IMG/VR virus record: IMGVR_UViG_3300032373_000070
Coordinates: 1 to 34,506 of that record
DNA: 34,506 nt
Direction: 5' to 3' (one strand)
DNA from: a virus
Lineage: Duplodnaviria > Caudoviricetes
Both the position numbers and the translations under genes were made by a program. Positions within the stretch are counted from its first letter, which is position 1; each line of letters begins with the position of its first letter. Below the pieces are notes generated by a model, which was not told where the DNA came from, ran no database searches, and saw only the letters and a program-made list of their open reading frames with translations. Of this stretch, positions 34,456 to 34,506 are shown piece by piece.

Positions 34456-34506
34456 GACCGTCATTTGGTCCACTTGATTTTGTAGAAAAAATATTTATTT
34501 GATGAT

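Larger units (their letters stand above)
1..34506. mobile_element. Tailed dsDNA bacteriophage (HK97-type head, long non-contractile tail); genome probably incomplete at the right end
   Basis: Canonical order terS-terL-portal-protease-capsid-connector-tail-tape measure, followed by divergent early and replication arms. No host housekeeping context apart from a phage-embedded dnaN. Confidence 0.97.

Noticed and set aside
1-34506. CRISPR array, tRNA genes, diversity-generating retroelement, intron/intein, stop-codon reassignment
   Set aside because: I saw no regularly spaced repeats, cloverleaf with T-loop motif, reverse transcriptase or TR/VR pair. Terminase, capsid and DnaN have normal lengths, and TAA, TGA and TAG all end genes under the standard code.

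Overview
The window is one tailed dsDNA phage with HK97-type, lambdoid-like siphovirus organisation, AT-rich, probably starting at or near the left (cos) end and probably truncated on the right. 63-19029 (+) is the virion module: small and large terminase, portal, prohead protease, HK97-fold capsid, head-tail connector, head closure, HK97 gp10-like neck protein, tail terminator, major tail protein, tail chaperone with an intact -1 frameshift, a 1492-aa tape measure and two tail-tip genes. A block of four sugar-transferase-like genes (GT2, GT4-like, GT2, Maf/DUF115-like) plus one small ORF is inserted in this module between connector and head closure. 19024-23098 (-) is a leftward early operon of small proteins, including a DUF2786-like and a winged-HTH protein, with strand-specific RNA structures in its gaps. 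After an AT-rich divergent control region, 23273-34455 (+) encodes a Cro-like HTH, a full-length host-like beta clamp (dnaN), an initiator with internal repeats, a DnaC-like loader and a nin-like run of small genes (HNH, NinB-like, DUF968-like, SPFH-like, PD-(D/E)XK nuclease). I saw no integrase, CI repressor, lysis cassette, separate tail fibre, tRNA or CRISPR array. The best candidate for a new system is the structural-operon glycosyltransferase cluster (putative virion glycosylation in a phage of a probably gammaproteobacterial host). Also notable is a strong word bias: no GATC found by eye, while GASTC, GGWCC and GCWGC look enriched. All family calls are from motif recognition, not database searches.
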